NCBI GenBank assembly: GCA_973895155.1
Contig: OZ316898.1
Coordinates: forward strand, 18,363,292-18,427,291
Length of the DNA stretch: 64,000 nucleotides
DNA from: Marsupella aquatica
Taxonomy: Eukaryota; Plantae; Marchantiophyta
Direction: 5' to 3'
Positions within the stretch are counted from its first letter, which is position 1, and every line of letters begins with the position of its first letter. Below are positions 22,032 to 36,194 of this stretch, piece by piece. Under the pieces are notes generated by a model. It made no database searches. It saw nothing but the letters and a program-made list of their open reading frames with translations, and was not told where the DNA came from. A program made the translations under genes and the position numbers.

Positions 22032-24599
22032 TACGTCATTTCAGCTCCTGGTCACACCGGGCCGGAGATGAAAATCCGAGGTGAAAGGAAGGAGAGGGAA
22101 TCTGTTGAAGTCCAACTCTTCTCAATTTTCAATTTAATATTGTTTGCAGGAGGGAATGGGAGGGAAGTCCGCCTCCTTTCTCTCAGTGTGATACTTGTAT
22201 ATAAGGAGGGGAACGTGATGGAAATCATTCCCCATTTGTCAATCTAACATTTGTATATGAGCGCAAAATAAAGTTTTCCAGAGTACCTCAGCGTATCCTA
22301 TGTGCAAGTATGCTTTCTATTGCAAGAGCAGATCTGCTCTGTGTCGATCAAGCGTTCCAAAGTAACAACTGACACTATTGGACCAGTTTAATGCCAAGTT
22401 TGGTTCTCTGGGTTGCAGTTTCATTTGAGCTCTAGGGCAAAGAAAGCCAAACAGAAATAAAAATGGGAGGTGAAAGAAAGAATTGGGACGGGAGTGATTG
22501 AGTCAGGCTTCTCTTTCTCAATTAACTTTTGTGTATCAGAGCTGAATAAATGTTTGGCAACGGTTTCTAAAGGTATCCTGTGCTACAGTAATTGCAATTT
22601 CAGAACCATTTTCTCGGTACCTTCATGGACATAGAAGAACCTTGTGCGCTGTATCGCCTAAAATAAAAAAATGTAGTTATTTGCGTGATCGCCATGCACT
22701 GATGACACTTTGAGAGAGCAGTGATCGGTTTCAGAGTGCCGATGTAACGAATTTTAAGTTTTGTAATGACGGATTTCTGATTGTTCACGTGGATTTGGAA
22801 ACCTTGTTAGTAGACTTTCTTGCAGCGTGAATTTCTACCTTGGGTGGGTATACGCACACCACTCACACTTTGGTCCAAATGGGGATAAGTACTGTTCTGG
22901 ACGTGCAGCAGCAATCAAGTAGCCTGGGTAACGAACACATGCCTGGTTGGTGAGGATCTAGTTATACGACGAAACTATTCATGGAACACTTCTGTCTGAT
23001 TCTTCCAATTTTGTTCCAGGGAGGAGCTTGGCCATTTCACAGAGGGCTGGTAGCGGCACCAAATGATAATGTATGTAGAAAACTGAAAGTGGAAAGAGAT
23101 TGAGGATAACAAGTAAGCAGATAATCGACATATTAAAGCAAAAATCGGGTTTGGCGGTCGTCCTCTGCCCCCTAGGAAGCTGTTAACGTGCGACTGCCAT
23201 TTTAGGCATACCATAGCTTTTGACGGACTAACTTACTTTCCCTTGGGAACTACTTCTCAACTAGTTTTGGGACATCCTATTACAGTGCAAGTGTGCAAAA
23301 TTCCTACATCACCTCCTTCCTCACCCGATGCCACATTACTCCATAAGCATAGTCACCCAATGTCACAGCAAGCGAAATCGTACCTTGCTGTGGTAGATCA
23401 AAGCAAGAAGCATCCAAGGATCAAACATTGGCAGTCCAATGTCTTTGTTGTCAAGTTTCAACTCAGCGAAAAAGTCAAAAGTAGGAGTATTGAGACGAAA
23501 GTAACGGTGCTAAACGTGACTTTTACATATTTCGACTCCCCAGTACTATCATGTAAAAGAGTTGCCAGCTTGCTCCAATGTATTGGCAGGGGACTGCCGT
23601 TGGAAAAACAACTCCATCAAGGTTCACAGTGGTTGGGCCTGACTTGAATTCTAATTATGGCTTATGCACCAGTAGTGTTAACTAGTGCAATTGCCAATAT
23701 GATGCACATTTTGCAGGGCAGCGGACTAAGAGTATTGCAAACAAGAAGTGTGCAAGGCTCTTTGATGAGCCTGGATATTATCCTTCATAATGAAATTAAT
23801 CCTACGGGTAATCTGCACAAGCAAGGCAATCTAACACATAAGCCCCAATAGAGTAATCTAAAGCATTTGCAACAACCAAACATTGTGGTTCATTGATTGA
23901 AAGAAACATGATCTACCTTTTTTGCAATGTTAAACAAGTAAGTTTGTAGACCAAAGGTCCTACTGGTTGTCATGCAGTATTAAGTAGCTTTCCAGATTAA
24001 TCATTGACGATGCATATGAGATAGTAGGTGATAGAACTTTGATGACTTGGTTGAGAAGGTTATATCTGGGTGGAGTAATTTATTTCACATCAACATGTGA
24101 CAATATATGGTGTACTATGTCCCGTCATACCATGATAAACTCAATTATCTTGTTTACATCATTGTGTGCTATTTAAATACATATCTTGTTGTCCTTTTTG
24201 ATGTGCAACTAGCCCTAACTACCCATTCATTGAACGCGAATAGAGGGGAGGACACTAAAAATATATACCTTACTCACATTCTTTGAATGATAAAAAAAAC
24301 CATCATACATATCATACCATACTCTTTTCTATGTATATTTCTTATGGTGGGAGCATAGAACCCATTTTTTTAATGTAAATAGAAATGATGACCAAAAACA
24401 TGCTTGATTATCATCTGATATACATCATAGTCATGAGCTGTCCCATCCACATGAAAGGCATGGAGTTCCGGTCTAGAGTCTTCACTCTAGATGCGTAGGC
24501 CACAAATGTAGCTTGTAGTTGGCACTTATATAAATAAGATTATCAGGAGGTGTAATGTCTTGTGTGTAAATCCTTCATGATCAATGGTTGACAATAGTA

Positions 24600-25090
24600 G
24601 TCACTCTTACCTAAAAGTTATCCCTTGTGTGTCACTCCACACGGCTCAAAGACCCAATAACGGAGACAAAGTTGCTCAAACACAACTACCCAATAAAGGG
24701 AAGAGGAACCAGAGCCACAGGCAAATAAAGAACCATAGTCCTGTAAAGCTAAATTGTACTGAAGCCCCCAACAGCTACCTGGCAATAAAGAAACATAGTA
24801 AGTCCTGTAAAGCCAAAATGTATTGAAGCCCAACGGTACCAAATCCTACTAGGCTCTAAAGTTTTCCGCACTGTAACAGTGAGGGGTAAAATGCTTAGGA
24901 GGGTCCTGAAGTGGAAGCTGCTTTGATAAACCTAAAGCTGATAAGCCTCAGCCCCTTGAGCCTAGTGAAGGCAGAAGGACACCTACATTGGATTAGAAAC
25001 AAAACAAAAAAAAATCTAAGTGGCCCTATGCCTTTATTGAAAGATAAACAAAAACAATGTGGTAAATAAATCTCCCTGATCACCTTTTCT
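24600..25090 (-). mobile_element. Old CRE-like 3' relic
   Basis: Degenerate GDLFTTLFLFIF...GIGPL...VSFCLH*AQ is colinear with DSFLPLALEIFG...GPTGPPL...ISVTLQCAQ, and is followed by a T-rich tail with an internal duplication. Confidence 0.35.
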
Positions 25091-27277
25091 GGTCAGGAGA
25101 CAATAGGGCATCTCAAAACCTTTTGTTTCAAATTCCTTCCAATCACTGGCTGAGGGAGATTTCCATCCGGACCCTGACCGAAACTCAACTCTTGGGCAAA
25201 CTCTACCCGAGGGGTTTCTGATTTGAGGGAGGGTCACAACTCCTGCCCACAGGTTAACATCATCAAATTTTTAAATTTGAGGGAGGTCACAACTCCTCCC
25301 AAAGGGTTTAACTCAATATTATCAAATTTTTGAGTTTGGTCATTTTTCTGAAGGGCACACACCCATATGCGCTGACCAATTATTTCTGGTGCAAAATGCT
25401 TGTGCACTCACCACCCCACTTATTAGCATTTTTGGGGGAACCGGAGATTCCTGACTAGTGACCTAACCCACACCCTTTGGCGTTCTAAATGGACTTGTGG
25501 GTTCGATATAGTAAAACCCAAGTGTTCTAAATGGACTTGTGGATGGGTTATAGTAAAACAAAAGTGACCTCTCAATTTCTGTCCTGTCGTTTTTATAAAG
25601 CCCCATTAGTCCTCCCCCACATTTTGGACCAGTCAATGTGGGCGGTGGCTGTTATTTCACCATTAAGCAACCTCCGCTAAATCCTTTCCTGGAAGGGCCC
25701 AGAACAGACTGGCAGCGGACTCACCAACAAAGAATTGTTCAGCATCTATAATCACGCCGTAAGCCCCTCTTTTAGGTTCACAAACAGGACCACACCTCTC
25801 GGCTCAGGACACAAACAAGAAGCCCTGTCTGCGCCGACTAGTCTAGAGATCTCATGAAAAAAACTGGGCGACCCCTACAGACCGTCCTTTACCACAAAAG
25901 TCCTTCCGCCGCAGGGACTGGGAACGTACCCGCGTCCCGCAAACAAGACATGTCTTGTTCGGTTTTTGAGATCACGTCTGTGGCCTCTCTTGCATAATCA
26001 CAAACAGGATGTGGGGCTTCAAATGTGGACACAAACAAGCGGATGCCTGTCTGCGTCAAGGAAACTAGGCAGGACCAGGGGGCGATCGCTGGACAACCGT
26101 CCTTCGCCACGTAGTCCTTAGCAGTGACAACTTTCTGGCATGGCACAAACCAACGCTGTCTTGTTCATAACCTGAAAATGACCAATTTTTCCTGTCTTGG
26201 ATGTTGACAAACAGGAGTCAAACGTTCTGGTACGAACAAAATCTAGGAGATTCCTGTTTGCTGCAATGAATCGCCTGTAGCTGCGGTGCACAATCATTTT
26301 TCGCCACGTTGGATTCCCAGCTCTGTAGGGCCCACCGCCCCCCATTTTTCGCGGGACCGCTATTATTTCTGTCCTTTGTTCGTTACCTTCGTTCTGAAGT
26401 CTTTTGGCGGCTTTCGCCTTTTTAGGTCTTGGGTGCGTTCACGTTCAGTCGAGAGAGAGAGAGAGAGAGAGCAGCGAGGGTGCAGGAATTTTGTGGAGGG
26501 TTGTCGAGCTATCGTTGCTGCGGGAGGAGGAGGAGCGGTGCAATTTCGAGACGCTGCTCCGAGCACGGCAGAATGAGCGGCTGGCGAACGGAATTGGTGC
26601 CGAATTGGTGAGTCTTCGAACCAATTCTGTGTGCGTGGAGTCCGTTTTTGTGCTTCTTCGTGCCGTTGTTGTGATGCGATTGTGATGCGGGAAATTGGCG
26701 GTGGACCACGCAATTTGATCGATGGAATGTGCTTGCGTTTCGGAGTTGGACGTCTGGCTTTGAATGATGTTGCCTTGCGGGGACTCATACGATAGTGTGG
26801 ACGGAGAAGGCTTTGCGCGGTCTGGAGAGATGGAGAGATTTCACTTTCTCAGCAGAGAAGGGAAATCTGTTTACTCCTGTGCACAATTAGGGTTTAGTGA
26901 GATCACTCGGAGTTTCGATAGTTTGCTGGACAAAGTTTACGGGTTTTGAATGGATACCGCCGTTACTTGCTGAATTGGGCTACATGTTCGTGTTAGGGGT
27001 GGGAATTGGTTTGTTTGAATCCCCTTGAGATTCGAATATACGAGTTCGATGCAGTGAGTCATGGATCAACTGCTTGAGTCAATCCCTTTGATGTTAGCTG
27101 AGATTGGTTGTCAATTGCGGATGACAGGGTCTGTATGTTAAGGGGAAAGTTGGTATCTGACGCAGTTCTTTCTTGATGCTGTTTCCGCAGGTTCTAGAGT
27201 TCACGGCGACTTTACAGATGTTGGGAAAACTTGTTGGTGCTGGAAGGGATACGTCCTGATTCCCGAGCTACGAGAAG

Positions 27278-30200
27278 ATGGGGTGGCGTGAATCCTACGA
27301 CACCTTGTTGGAGCTGTTCCCACAGGTATAATTCCTCTCAAGTCTCTTCAGTTGCTTTGTTGTTTTCTGTACAGTGAAGCAAAGAAGTCAAGTACTCCAG
27401 GATGGTTGGTGTTGTGGACATGTACGGATGGGAAAAGCTTCTATGTATCAATTGGGCTTAATTTTGCTTGCTAATCCTGCTTTGTATTGTACGTGGAAGG
27501 GGGAATTGAATAAGCTCGTCTTATTAACCTCTTGGGTCGTCTTCTCAGGTGGATGCTCGTCTCGTCAAGGGTGCTGCCCTGGAGCATGGCAGTGACGTAG
27601 GGGCAGCTGCAGAGTTCATTCTCAATGATGTTCTTGGCGCAGATGAGGGGACTACGGACAGCGATCAGTTGCCGGATACCACCACCCGTCATGGTTCGCC
27701 CAGTTCAGTAGATGACTCGAATCAAGATGAGCAAGTCGTTGTATCTGTGAGTTCCAGCGAGGCTTTCCGGAGTTCAGACTCCCATTCAGGATCTGCTGTC
27801 GTCAACATTTCTACCGAATCGGAAGCACAAGAGCTGACTGGAGAGTGTTCCAATGAAAGTCGTGATGAACTGACAATGACAGAGACAGGCGAACCAGTTG
27901 AACCTGAGGTTACGGATGCGTTGCCAGGTGGATCAATTGAACTCGTTGAGGAAGACGAGCTGGGGCTTGCCAATATTGTTCGTCAAATTTTTTTATTGAG
28001 CCGTCGTAAGAAGGATGGTCAGGCACGTACCTCAGATATTAGGACACCCCTGATGTCTGCAGAACAGGTCTCTGTACGCATTCGCGTCAACAGCGGTAAA
28101 TCGGAAGAGAGCCTAGCTGATCCGGACAGGAAAGAGATGGCAGAGGAGGAGAGCGAGGTTCAAATTTCACAGGAGAAATATCAAGAATTCCTGTGCGACC
28201 CGAGCTTGTCAAATACCTCTTTAGCTCTAGACGTAATTCCTGCAGTGTCTGGGGGTGATGAAACTGGAGAGGCGGGCCATGTAGTTCTGGTTCATGATGA
28301 AAGCTTGTCAGAGTTCCCTGCAGAGGAATCAGGAATTCCAGCTGGGCTTGAGGATGGGCAAGGGTTGGAATCTGTCTTTGACCAATACTCATCTCAGATG
28401 CAAGGGCACGAAAGGCATGTCGTTGGTCTTGAAGAAGCTGATGCATCAGAACTGGTGCGTCTCGGTTCGCACGAAGAATATACCACGAGAAGTTTCACCG
28501 CTGATGAGTTTCCTGTTTATGATGAGTCGATCAGTGTTTCAAGACCTGCTTACGAAGAGGATGAAGTGGCTTTGAACGACGGCTTGGATTCAATGATGTC
28601 TATCCAAAAATCAGCCATTAGCGAGGAGATGGATCGAGCAGACTGGGAAAATGTCAATTGCATCGCTGTTATTCAAATGAACCAGATGGAGCCTCTGGAT
28701 AACCTTGTTGAAGAAGCCAAGGCTGACAAGGTAGGTGCTTATGCTTTGCCTCTTCGATGGCCCTCCGTTTTTCTTTGGCAGAAAAGGGTTTGCTTTGAGG
28801 TTGAGGCATGATTATGTAAGATGCCTGGATCGAAACCAAGATTAATGCACAGACTGGGTATTAAATGAATCTTGATGATTTTTGGAGTTTACATAGTTAT
28901 TCGGCGACATTTAGTTTTTCCCTCAAACAATGAGATCTGATTCTTGGATGCTATGTTTTGTACAATCCGCTGGGGTTGTTTTGGTATCTCTTGTTGGATG
29001 TCCTTTAGTGACTGTGAGGGTCCCTACCTTTCTTGGAACAGGAAGCCTTGATAATCTCAATTGAAGAGATACGTGTGTTACGGTTGATGACCGATCAGGC
29101 AGAGTATGCGGCACGCCAGTCAAGAGAGGAAGCAGCCCGTGGTGGCTTAGAGATGATGGCCAAAGTTAATGAGATGAGAAAAATGCTTTCTCGTGCACGG
29201 GAAGCCAACGCAGTGGTGAGTCTTTGCACATTTTGATGTTTACCACCTCTCAAGTTCGTAGTAGATGTACCTAGGTTTCTACTCTGTTATCATGTCCAGC
29301 TTAACTTCAGCACAGAGATTCCTGTAAATACTTGATCTTGAGTGTTTTAGTAGCTGTGTATTTAGCTATACGCTGGATCTGTATTTGCAGCATGCAGGCG
29401 AGGTGTTTGGAGAGAAGGCTGTGTTGGCAACAGAGGCACGGGAACTGCAATATCGACTTGCGCAAGTAAACATCGAAAAGGCTAAGTCTGTCGCAGCCTT
29501 GAATGAGGTAAGCAAATGTGGTGTGTGCCGCATAGCAGAATTTATTTTCCCCCTTTTTCATTTACGAGGAATCAAGCTCCACGGTTCAAGTAGGAAGAAA
29601 CATGTTCATGACTCCAGTTACATTCGTTGAAGAGGGCTTCGCAATTGAGAGTTATCTTATTCTGGTGCACAGATTAAAGCGTCTCTTCAAGCACGGATTG
29701 ATACTGCAGTTCGGGAACGAGAAGCAGCAGAGGAAGAGAAGATTGAAAAAGAATTTCTTGCGAAAGAGGCCCTGGCAAAGGAGGAAACACTTTTGGCAAA
29801 AGTCGCGCAGGAATCAAGAGACCTTGATGCAGAAGCTGAAGCTTGTACAAAGGTAAATGCTTGGTTGCTTTTGTATGTTACTGTCACAGGGTTACTAACT
29901 TGTTTGGGTCCTAATTGAATCATGGTTGATTCTTTCTTTCTCTGCCTCGCGCTCTTCCATTCAAGTTTACTATAACTGCTGTCGATTATATCCTCCTGTA
30001 AACCTGACGTTTATGACAGATACTCCAAGGCGAGTTGTTTATTCATCCCCAGCTGAGTCGAAGTTTCGGATCTCAGGTTCTCAAGTTCCGTTGTTGTAAT
30101 TGAAAGTGCTCTTTGTTGCAGATACGTGAATTTTTAATCGAACGTGGTAGCGTCGTGGATGCTTTGCAGTAAGCACCTCGTTGACCCTGATTTATAATTT

Positions 30201-31116
30201 CATCTGTCTTTGACGGGACATCCCAGGTCAACACATGATTCAATATGTGTGGACGTGGTGAACGTACTTTACGTTAAGATGAGAGGGACATTTCTTTTCA
30301 ATTTCGACTGGTTATTTTCCTGAAATGGAATCTGAGGTTGTACGTTGTTGAGCTGTAGATTTTTTGTTGGTATGTTCTGACTAGAAAATACACTTTGTTA
30401 ACAGAGGGGAAGTGGCAGTGCTCCGTGAAGATGCTGAGTCCCTCAAGAAAGACCTGGAAAGTATGTCACTTTCATTTAGTGGGTTTCATGCGAACATGTC
30501 GCCACAAGCAAGTGACATTTACAATAGTGTCGTGTCAAGGTCCGTCAAGATCAGTGAATCTTATGGGCAATTATCGGAAAATGTTGTTCCGGTGGAAGGT
30601 GGAGCAATTGCTATTAGCAATTCAGGATCACTCACCTCGCGAACAGTATCCGGAGTGCAGAAAGCTACCAGTGACAGGAAATCATGGTCATCGCTTCCGT
30701 CCCTGCTGCGTGGCTTATCTGGCAGTCAGGATCTTAACGGTAGCAGCCACTCAGGTTACAGCTCAAATGCAAGCAACGCTCTAAGCTCTTCTAGAGATGC
30801 CTTGGATGTCAACCAAGTTGAAAGAAGTCAACTTCTTGGTTCCGAAAACTCGATGACCGATGTTAAGTACCCGTCTTCCCCGAATTCCCCAACCTCGCCA
30901 GAAGAGAAGAAGCAAGAAGAGCGGGAGCTCCTCAAGGCGAAGATGGCAATGTTTCCAGGTGAGGAGTTGGAGATGGAATATTTGGGCATACACAACCTGG
31001 ACGTTTTTCGATCTGAAAAGCCAACTGGGTCCGGTGCAGATACCGATGAAGAGGGTTGGCAGATGTTGGAAAAGGTGATCTCTAGGTCTTCTTCAAGGTC
31101 TTCAACAGACAAGTAA
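27278..31116 (+). CDS. CUE-like ubiquitin-binding N-terminus plus coiled-coil protein (plant 'ELKS/Rab6-interacting/CAST-like' family)
   Basis: Exons 27278-27325, 27549-28730, 29042-29215, 29391-29507, 29673-29852, 30122-30168 and 30405-31116; all introns GT-AG and phase-consistent. Motifs MGWRESYDTLLELFPQVDARLVKGAALEH, EANAVHAGEVFGEKAVLATEARELQ and IREFLIERGSVVDALQGEV. Probable 5'-UTR intron at 26608-27190; (GA)n at 26450-26471. Confidence 0.88.
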
Positions 31117-33988
31117 ATCGGGACGAATATCTGCAGTTCAGATTGATTTCGAGATCCATTCGTGTGGTGGCTCCGAAAAAGGTTTCTGTTAGATGTTTGT
31201 CACCATACTAAGTTTACGTTACAGCATGAGCAGGCTTAAGTTTTACAGAGGTGTACAGTGAGCAGGAATCTTATAGTAGCGCGATTTTTTCCCTCTTGGG
31301 AGTCGTGCGGATGATCTTCTAAATTCCATATAGCATCCTCGGTAGATATCTCTCATCGCGGATCTGGACAAGTATTTTGTAATTATGTAAATCAAATACC
31401 TCTCGTATTACGAGGGGTGTAAAATGTAATATTTTGCTTTCAAGTTCATGTGCACTACTGTAGCTCTCAGGAACTGCCACACCCTACTCTGAGGTGTAGC
31501 TCAATGGCAGGCTGTGCTCTGACATATTACACGAGCCAGATTTTGCTTTCTGGATTACATCATATTATTCGTTGTGAACATCTTGCATGTATTGAAGATC
31601 GACTTCATCTCTTCGAAATTTGCAATTTGACCCAGGTCATGTGACACTGTTGCAGGGAGGTCAACCACGTCTGGCTCTAATTTTCCTGCATCTTCCAAAC
31701 CAGTTTCCTCAGAGAACGAGTTTCTCTGGAGTTGTTTTGTGAAAATGATTTATGTTTGTTGACATCACGTCTATGTTGTGTTGTGAAAATGTTCTTTCTA
31801 ATAATGGGTAATGGTTGATCTTTCTGATGACCTCAAATCACTAGCAAATTCTGGTGCCACCAGAACAAATCAAAATTCCTCATATCGTGAAATTGTGAAG
31901 GAGGATAGCGCTTGACAAGTTATAAGAGGGGGAGACTTTGGACACTGTTCTCCACTCTATGGTGACACTAGTGTTTTTAAGGCTCTAGAAGGGTGCGCGC
32001 AAATCCATGTCGGCTGAAATGTATGTTTGGAATCAATCTTTTGGACACTCGGATTGAACCAGTGTAGTAATGCTCTTCTCCCTTTCTATTCCTGGACGAT
32101 AGACATTTTTCCCTACCCTTTTGAGGCCTCTCTTCTCTTTTGCTGAATGTTAAATATTGTTATATTTCTCTACCACGGCTAGAAAGTAAACATAATTAAC
32201 ATCAGAATCTATGAACAGAGGAGCCAACCTCATAGAACAGAGTGTGTTGTATGAGTACCTCATCCATACAGATTTACGAGGTTGCCACTATTTTTTGTCA
32301 TAATACTTGACAGTGAATTTTTTCTATTTATCACATTACCATTGGTTTTTTTTTATGGGTTACGAGAATTAACCTTGTTTTTTGTTTATGAGTTAAGTGA
32401 ACTAACCAGGGTTAGCTCTTTCACATCCAATGGTTATTATTGCACCAGTTTCACAATTGGATGGCTGGGGTCTCCCTCAAGGTGACTTTGACCACTCTCA
32501 GCAGGACAGAGGCAGAGGTTGTGTGCAAGGACAGGATGGCCCTGGATAGAGGCTATGTGTAGGTAGGACCAGAAGACTTGACCCATCCCTCGATGAACTG
32601 ATTCAAGAGTCCTCAAAATTACCTTGAGGGACACCAACGCTGTCCAATCACAAAACTCCATTGTTGCCGTCCAGCAATGGGATCTTCCAGCATACACAGT
32701 TGGTATACCAGGGGTAGGGTAGCCTTGATAGGGTCCTATTGCCTGAAACAGGCTGAAATATCATAGCCAAAATCCAGCAACGTAAATGGGGAACTGTTGT
32801 TCAATCTACCTGGTACTCATCATAAAAATAATTTAGGTTAATATTTAGTAGAACATTAACCTTCATGAATCCAAATTAACCTATACACACCCTGTTCAAT
32901 GCCATTATAAAATGCTGAATTATGAATGATTTGTAAAACCTGTTGGACTACATAAGAAAGATGGGCAAGAAAGGTTTACCGTCACTGACTTCATATCTTG
33001 ATCTCAATTGGTCTGCAAGAGTACTATCCATGTGCACCTTTGAAGGATTTGAGAGGGGTTCAGACACTGGCATTTCGTTATGGAAGGCTTTGTTAAATGT
33101 TGGCTACTGAAGGAAATTGATTCTTCTGTTTACACACTTCTACTATATGTTCTCGTTTGTGATGGAAACAATGTTTAGCCATTTCCAAAGTGCAATAGGA
33201 AATTGTGACATTCAAGGAATATTAAGTAGCAGTACATCAAGTTAGATCAAGGACTTCGAAATTCAAATCAGAGGGCCAGCTTGCAACTTGGATCTACAAA
33301 CTGCATGCACAAAAGAATATCCCACCACAGCCATTCTCCTGCAATCACAAGAGATTTTGCTGCAAGCAGGAGTAAAAACACTGGCAAGATAGACAACCAG
33401 CAATCGAGAAATACACATTTTAAGTAGACCTTCCCTGTCTCCATCTCAATTGATGCATGTGTAGCTGATTGAGATGAGCATCACACAATTAAAACAGATA
33501 TATAATTGATTGGACGCTATTGCTGTGCTCCGTTCACCCCTCATGTTGCAGTTGCTACAAATGGACAATCACAATTAACCCAAACTTTGTAGAAAATTCT
33601 CGCAACACCATCAAAGAGAAACCAGCAAGCATGGTGCACATCGGGATATTGTGCATGTCCCGATATCAGGTTCACCTTTGTCAAGGCTACATCCATGGGA
33701 ATGCAGGTCACCATAGTCACACAAAATCTCCAAGTACAAGCTCTAAGATTGATAGCCTAGCTCCTTGCTTGCTTTTCAATAATGAACAAACCGAGGAGCA
33801 CTTCCTTGTTCCCCTATATGCTAGGCACTATAGTCACGTCTAATTATCATGAAGACCCTAATGGTGATCAGCCTAATTGAGGTTAACCCAAGTAAAGACT
33901 AGAGGTAGCCCTAACACACTTGTGATTCCAAAAGAATTCCTCTTTGTTGGAAAGTTTTCATAGATCCTATTCGAGCTAAAGAATTCTG

Positions 33989-34144
33989 TCCAAGCAAAAC
34001 ATTTAGGACGAGAATCCTATCCCAGCTTTTAACTCATAATGTGGAGAAGGTGTAACGGTTTTTAATCCTATCCAAGCAAAACATTTAGGATGAGAATCCT
34101 ATCCAAGCTTTGTCTCATAATTTGGAGAAGGTGTAACGGTTTTT
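33989..34144 (+). repeat. Tandem duplication, about 81 bp x2
   Basis: TCCAAGCAAAACATTTAGGA.GAGAATCCTATCC...GGAGAAGGTGTAACGGTTTTT occurs twice. Confidence 0.85.
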
Positions 34145-34754
34145 GTGGGGCCTTGCCCTGTCTTTGCCACAAAAAAGAGGAGGATAAGGATAACTAAGAA
34201 GATAATATCCTGAGTACCTGATGACAGTATGACACAGTAAAGTACTGTCATTGAGTACCAGATGCTCCAGTTTCTGTCTACCTATAAGTCCGTAACTTAC
34301 ATAGTAATGTCTCTCCAGTCTCCAGGCTTTCATACTCAGGGTACTGTACAACACTTACAATACCGTACGTAGACGTATAGCGGACTGTCCAGTACTGACA
34401 CGTCAGGCGCTAATGACTTTTTACATCACTGCCGTCTGTTACAGTCTTCCAGGTAAAGGTGACAGGGGAGCTGTAAAGGGTGGGTCCCCAAATAAACCTG
34501 ATGAGCTTTTTTGAACGGGAGTATTAGTCAGACCAAATGTTCAATATAGAGGGTCTTTCATTGCCAACTTCTTTATTTTTTGTCTTTGTTGTATATGGTG
34601 CTTTGAGTATGTCCTGAATAACTCTGTAAAGTTATTGGGTTTGACTGGTACCCAAATTCAGCCATTTAATTTTAGGCCAAATTTTGCGAAATTCTTACCT
34701 GATAATCTGACCACGTATACAATTTTTTTATGGCCAATTCATTAACTATATATT

Positions 34755-36194
34755 TTTTGAAACATATATACATATACTTTTTACAGAAAAAGGCCAAATA
34801 GAGTACGAAAGAATAAACAAGAGAGGTCCCAAGTGGACAAAACCAAACGCAAAAGAAGTGAGCAAAAGGAAACCCTAAAAACCAAGAAAGATAAACTAAA
34901 AGAAGTGAGCAAAAGGAAACCCCTAAAAACCAAGAAAGAGGAACTAAAACTACTGCAAATGGACCGAGGTCCTCATCATACCTAGCAAATGTGGCAACAA
35001 GCTAGTGGTCTACATCAAGTGTCGAAACTAGATGGGCAAGTGAGACAGGAATGTCCTCTAGGGGGGCTAGCTGCTACGGAGTCACACTAGCACCCATTGT
35101 CAGAGATTGACGATAGACAGCCCGAGCTTGAGCACACTGTAAGGTGACTGAAATGCGTTGGCGAAAGTGCGTGGTCAAATTAGATAGCGGGGGCCCGGTG
35201 GGACCCATCCGGCCATGAACATCCCGAGCAGCTTGGCGAAGAAGCCCGTCGAACTGATGATGGAGACGCCCAAATATCTCAAGAGCAAGGGGCAGAAAGC
35301 TATCAGATGAAGCTCGTGTAGCATATTTGGCCTCCTTCGTTGTTGTTGCTCGTGATGCTGCTGCCCCTGCCGTTGTTGCCGCTGTCCCAATGATGTCTTG
35401 GCGCAATGGGTTTGCCACCACTACATCTGCCAAAGTACGGTGACCTTCACGGACCATGGTAAGATCCACCCGTAACCGCTGTGATGGAGGACCAGGTAAC
35501 TCGAGCACCACCTCCCATCGCACGCAGACCAAAGAGCCAGAGAGAACCTGAGCAGTCGCATCTCTCACAGCGTCGTGAACAAAAATGGTTTCGCTGCCCA
35601 AACTGCATCGAAGAAGATGGACACCTGTGGCATCACAAGGCTTCCCACAAGTGCAAGTAGGAGGTAAACCAGCAAGAAGTGGGTGGGGCAAGCCCATACG
35701 AAGAAGCATGGCTGTCGCAAACTCCGCTGAAGACATCCGCAGGTGAGGAATGACTAAATTGGCCTGAAGCCAACCTCCTGCGCCCTTCCCTCCGGAAGAA
35801 AGAATCCAAGCTCGGTCCGTGTCAGGTGCCTCGGTGAGGATGCTGGAGAGGGTGAAAGCGTGCATACGCCCAGCAAGGTCTGCCTGAAGACGGACGGGGT
35901 CCAAGGATAAAAACTCCTGGAATGAAGGTAACGCAGCTCGAACAGGATCGGGTAATGATGACCGCGCCGTGCGCAAATGAACCTGAAATGGGAGGGAACC
36001 CTCCTCGACCTCCATGAGAGACGAAAGTAAAAAAGGTCGATCCTCAGTAAGGAAACGATCTACCAACAATGAGAATGCGGCTGCCCACGCGCCCAAGAAG
36101 GCCAAAGGTGCAAGGCGCTCAGTGGAAGTAAGCCCAAAACCACCGTGAGAAATAGGAAGACTGAGCTGTTGATGAAGCCACGAAGATGAGAGAA
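34755..36194 (-). mobile_element. 5'-truncated non-LTR retrotransposon with restriction-like endonuclease (CRE-clade-like)
   Basis: Open frame from 36194 to the stop at 35074. Post-RT QLSLPISHGGFGL...LAPLAFL, zinc knuckle CTCGKPCDATGVHLLRC, VHDAVRD, E...RVD...DVVV...KEAKY, FLPLALEIFG and RQRISVTLQ. 3' UTR with a 40-bp duplication, a short A tail, and candidate TSD ATATATT (34748-34754 / 36195-36201). Confidence 0.85.

Noticed and set aside
33290-33840. Possible MULE/SWIM transposase relic (SCDCRR...VHA on the minus strand)
   Set aside because: Too degenerate to support without a profile search.
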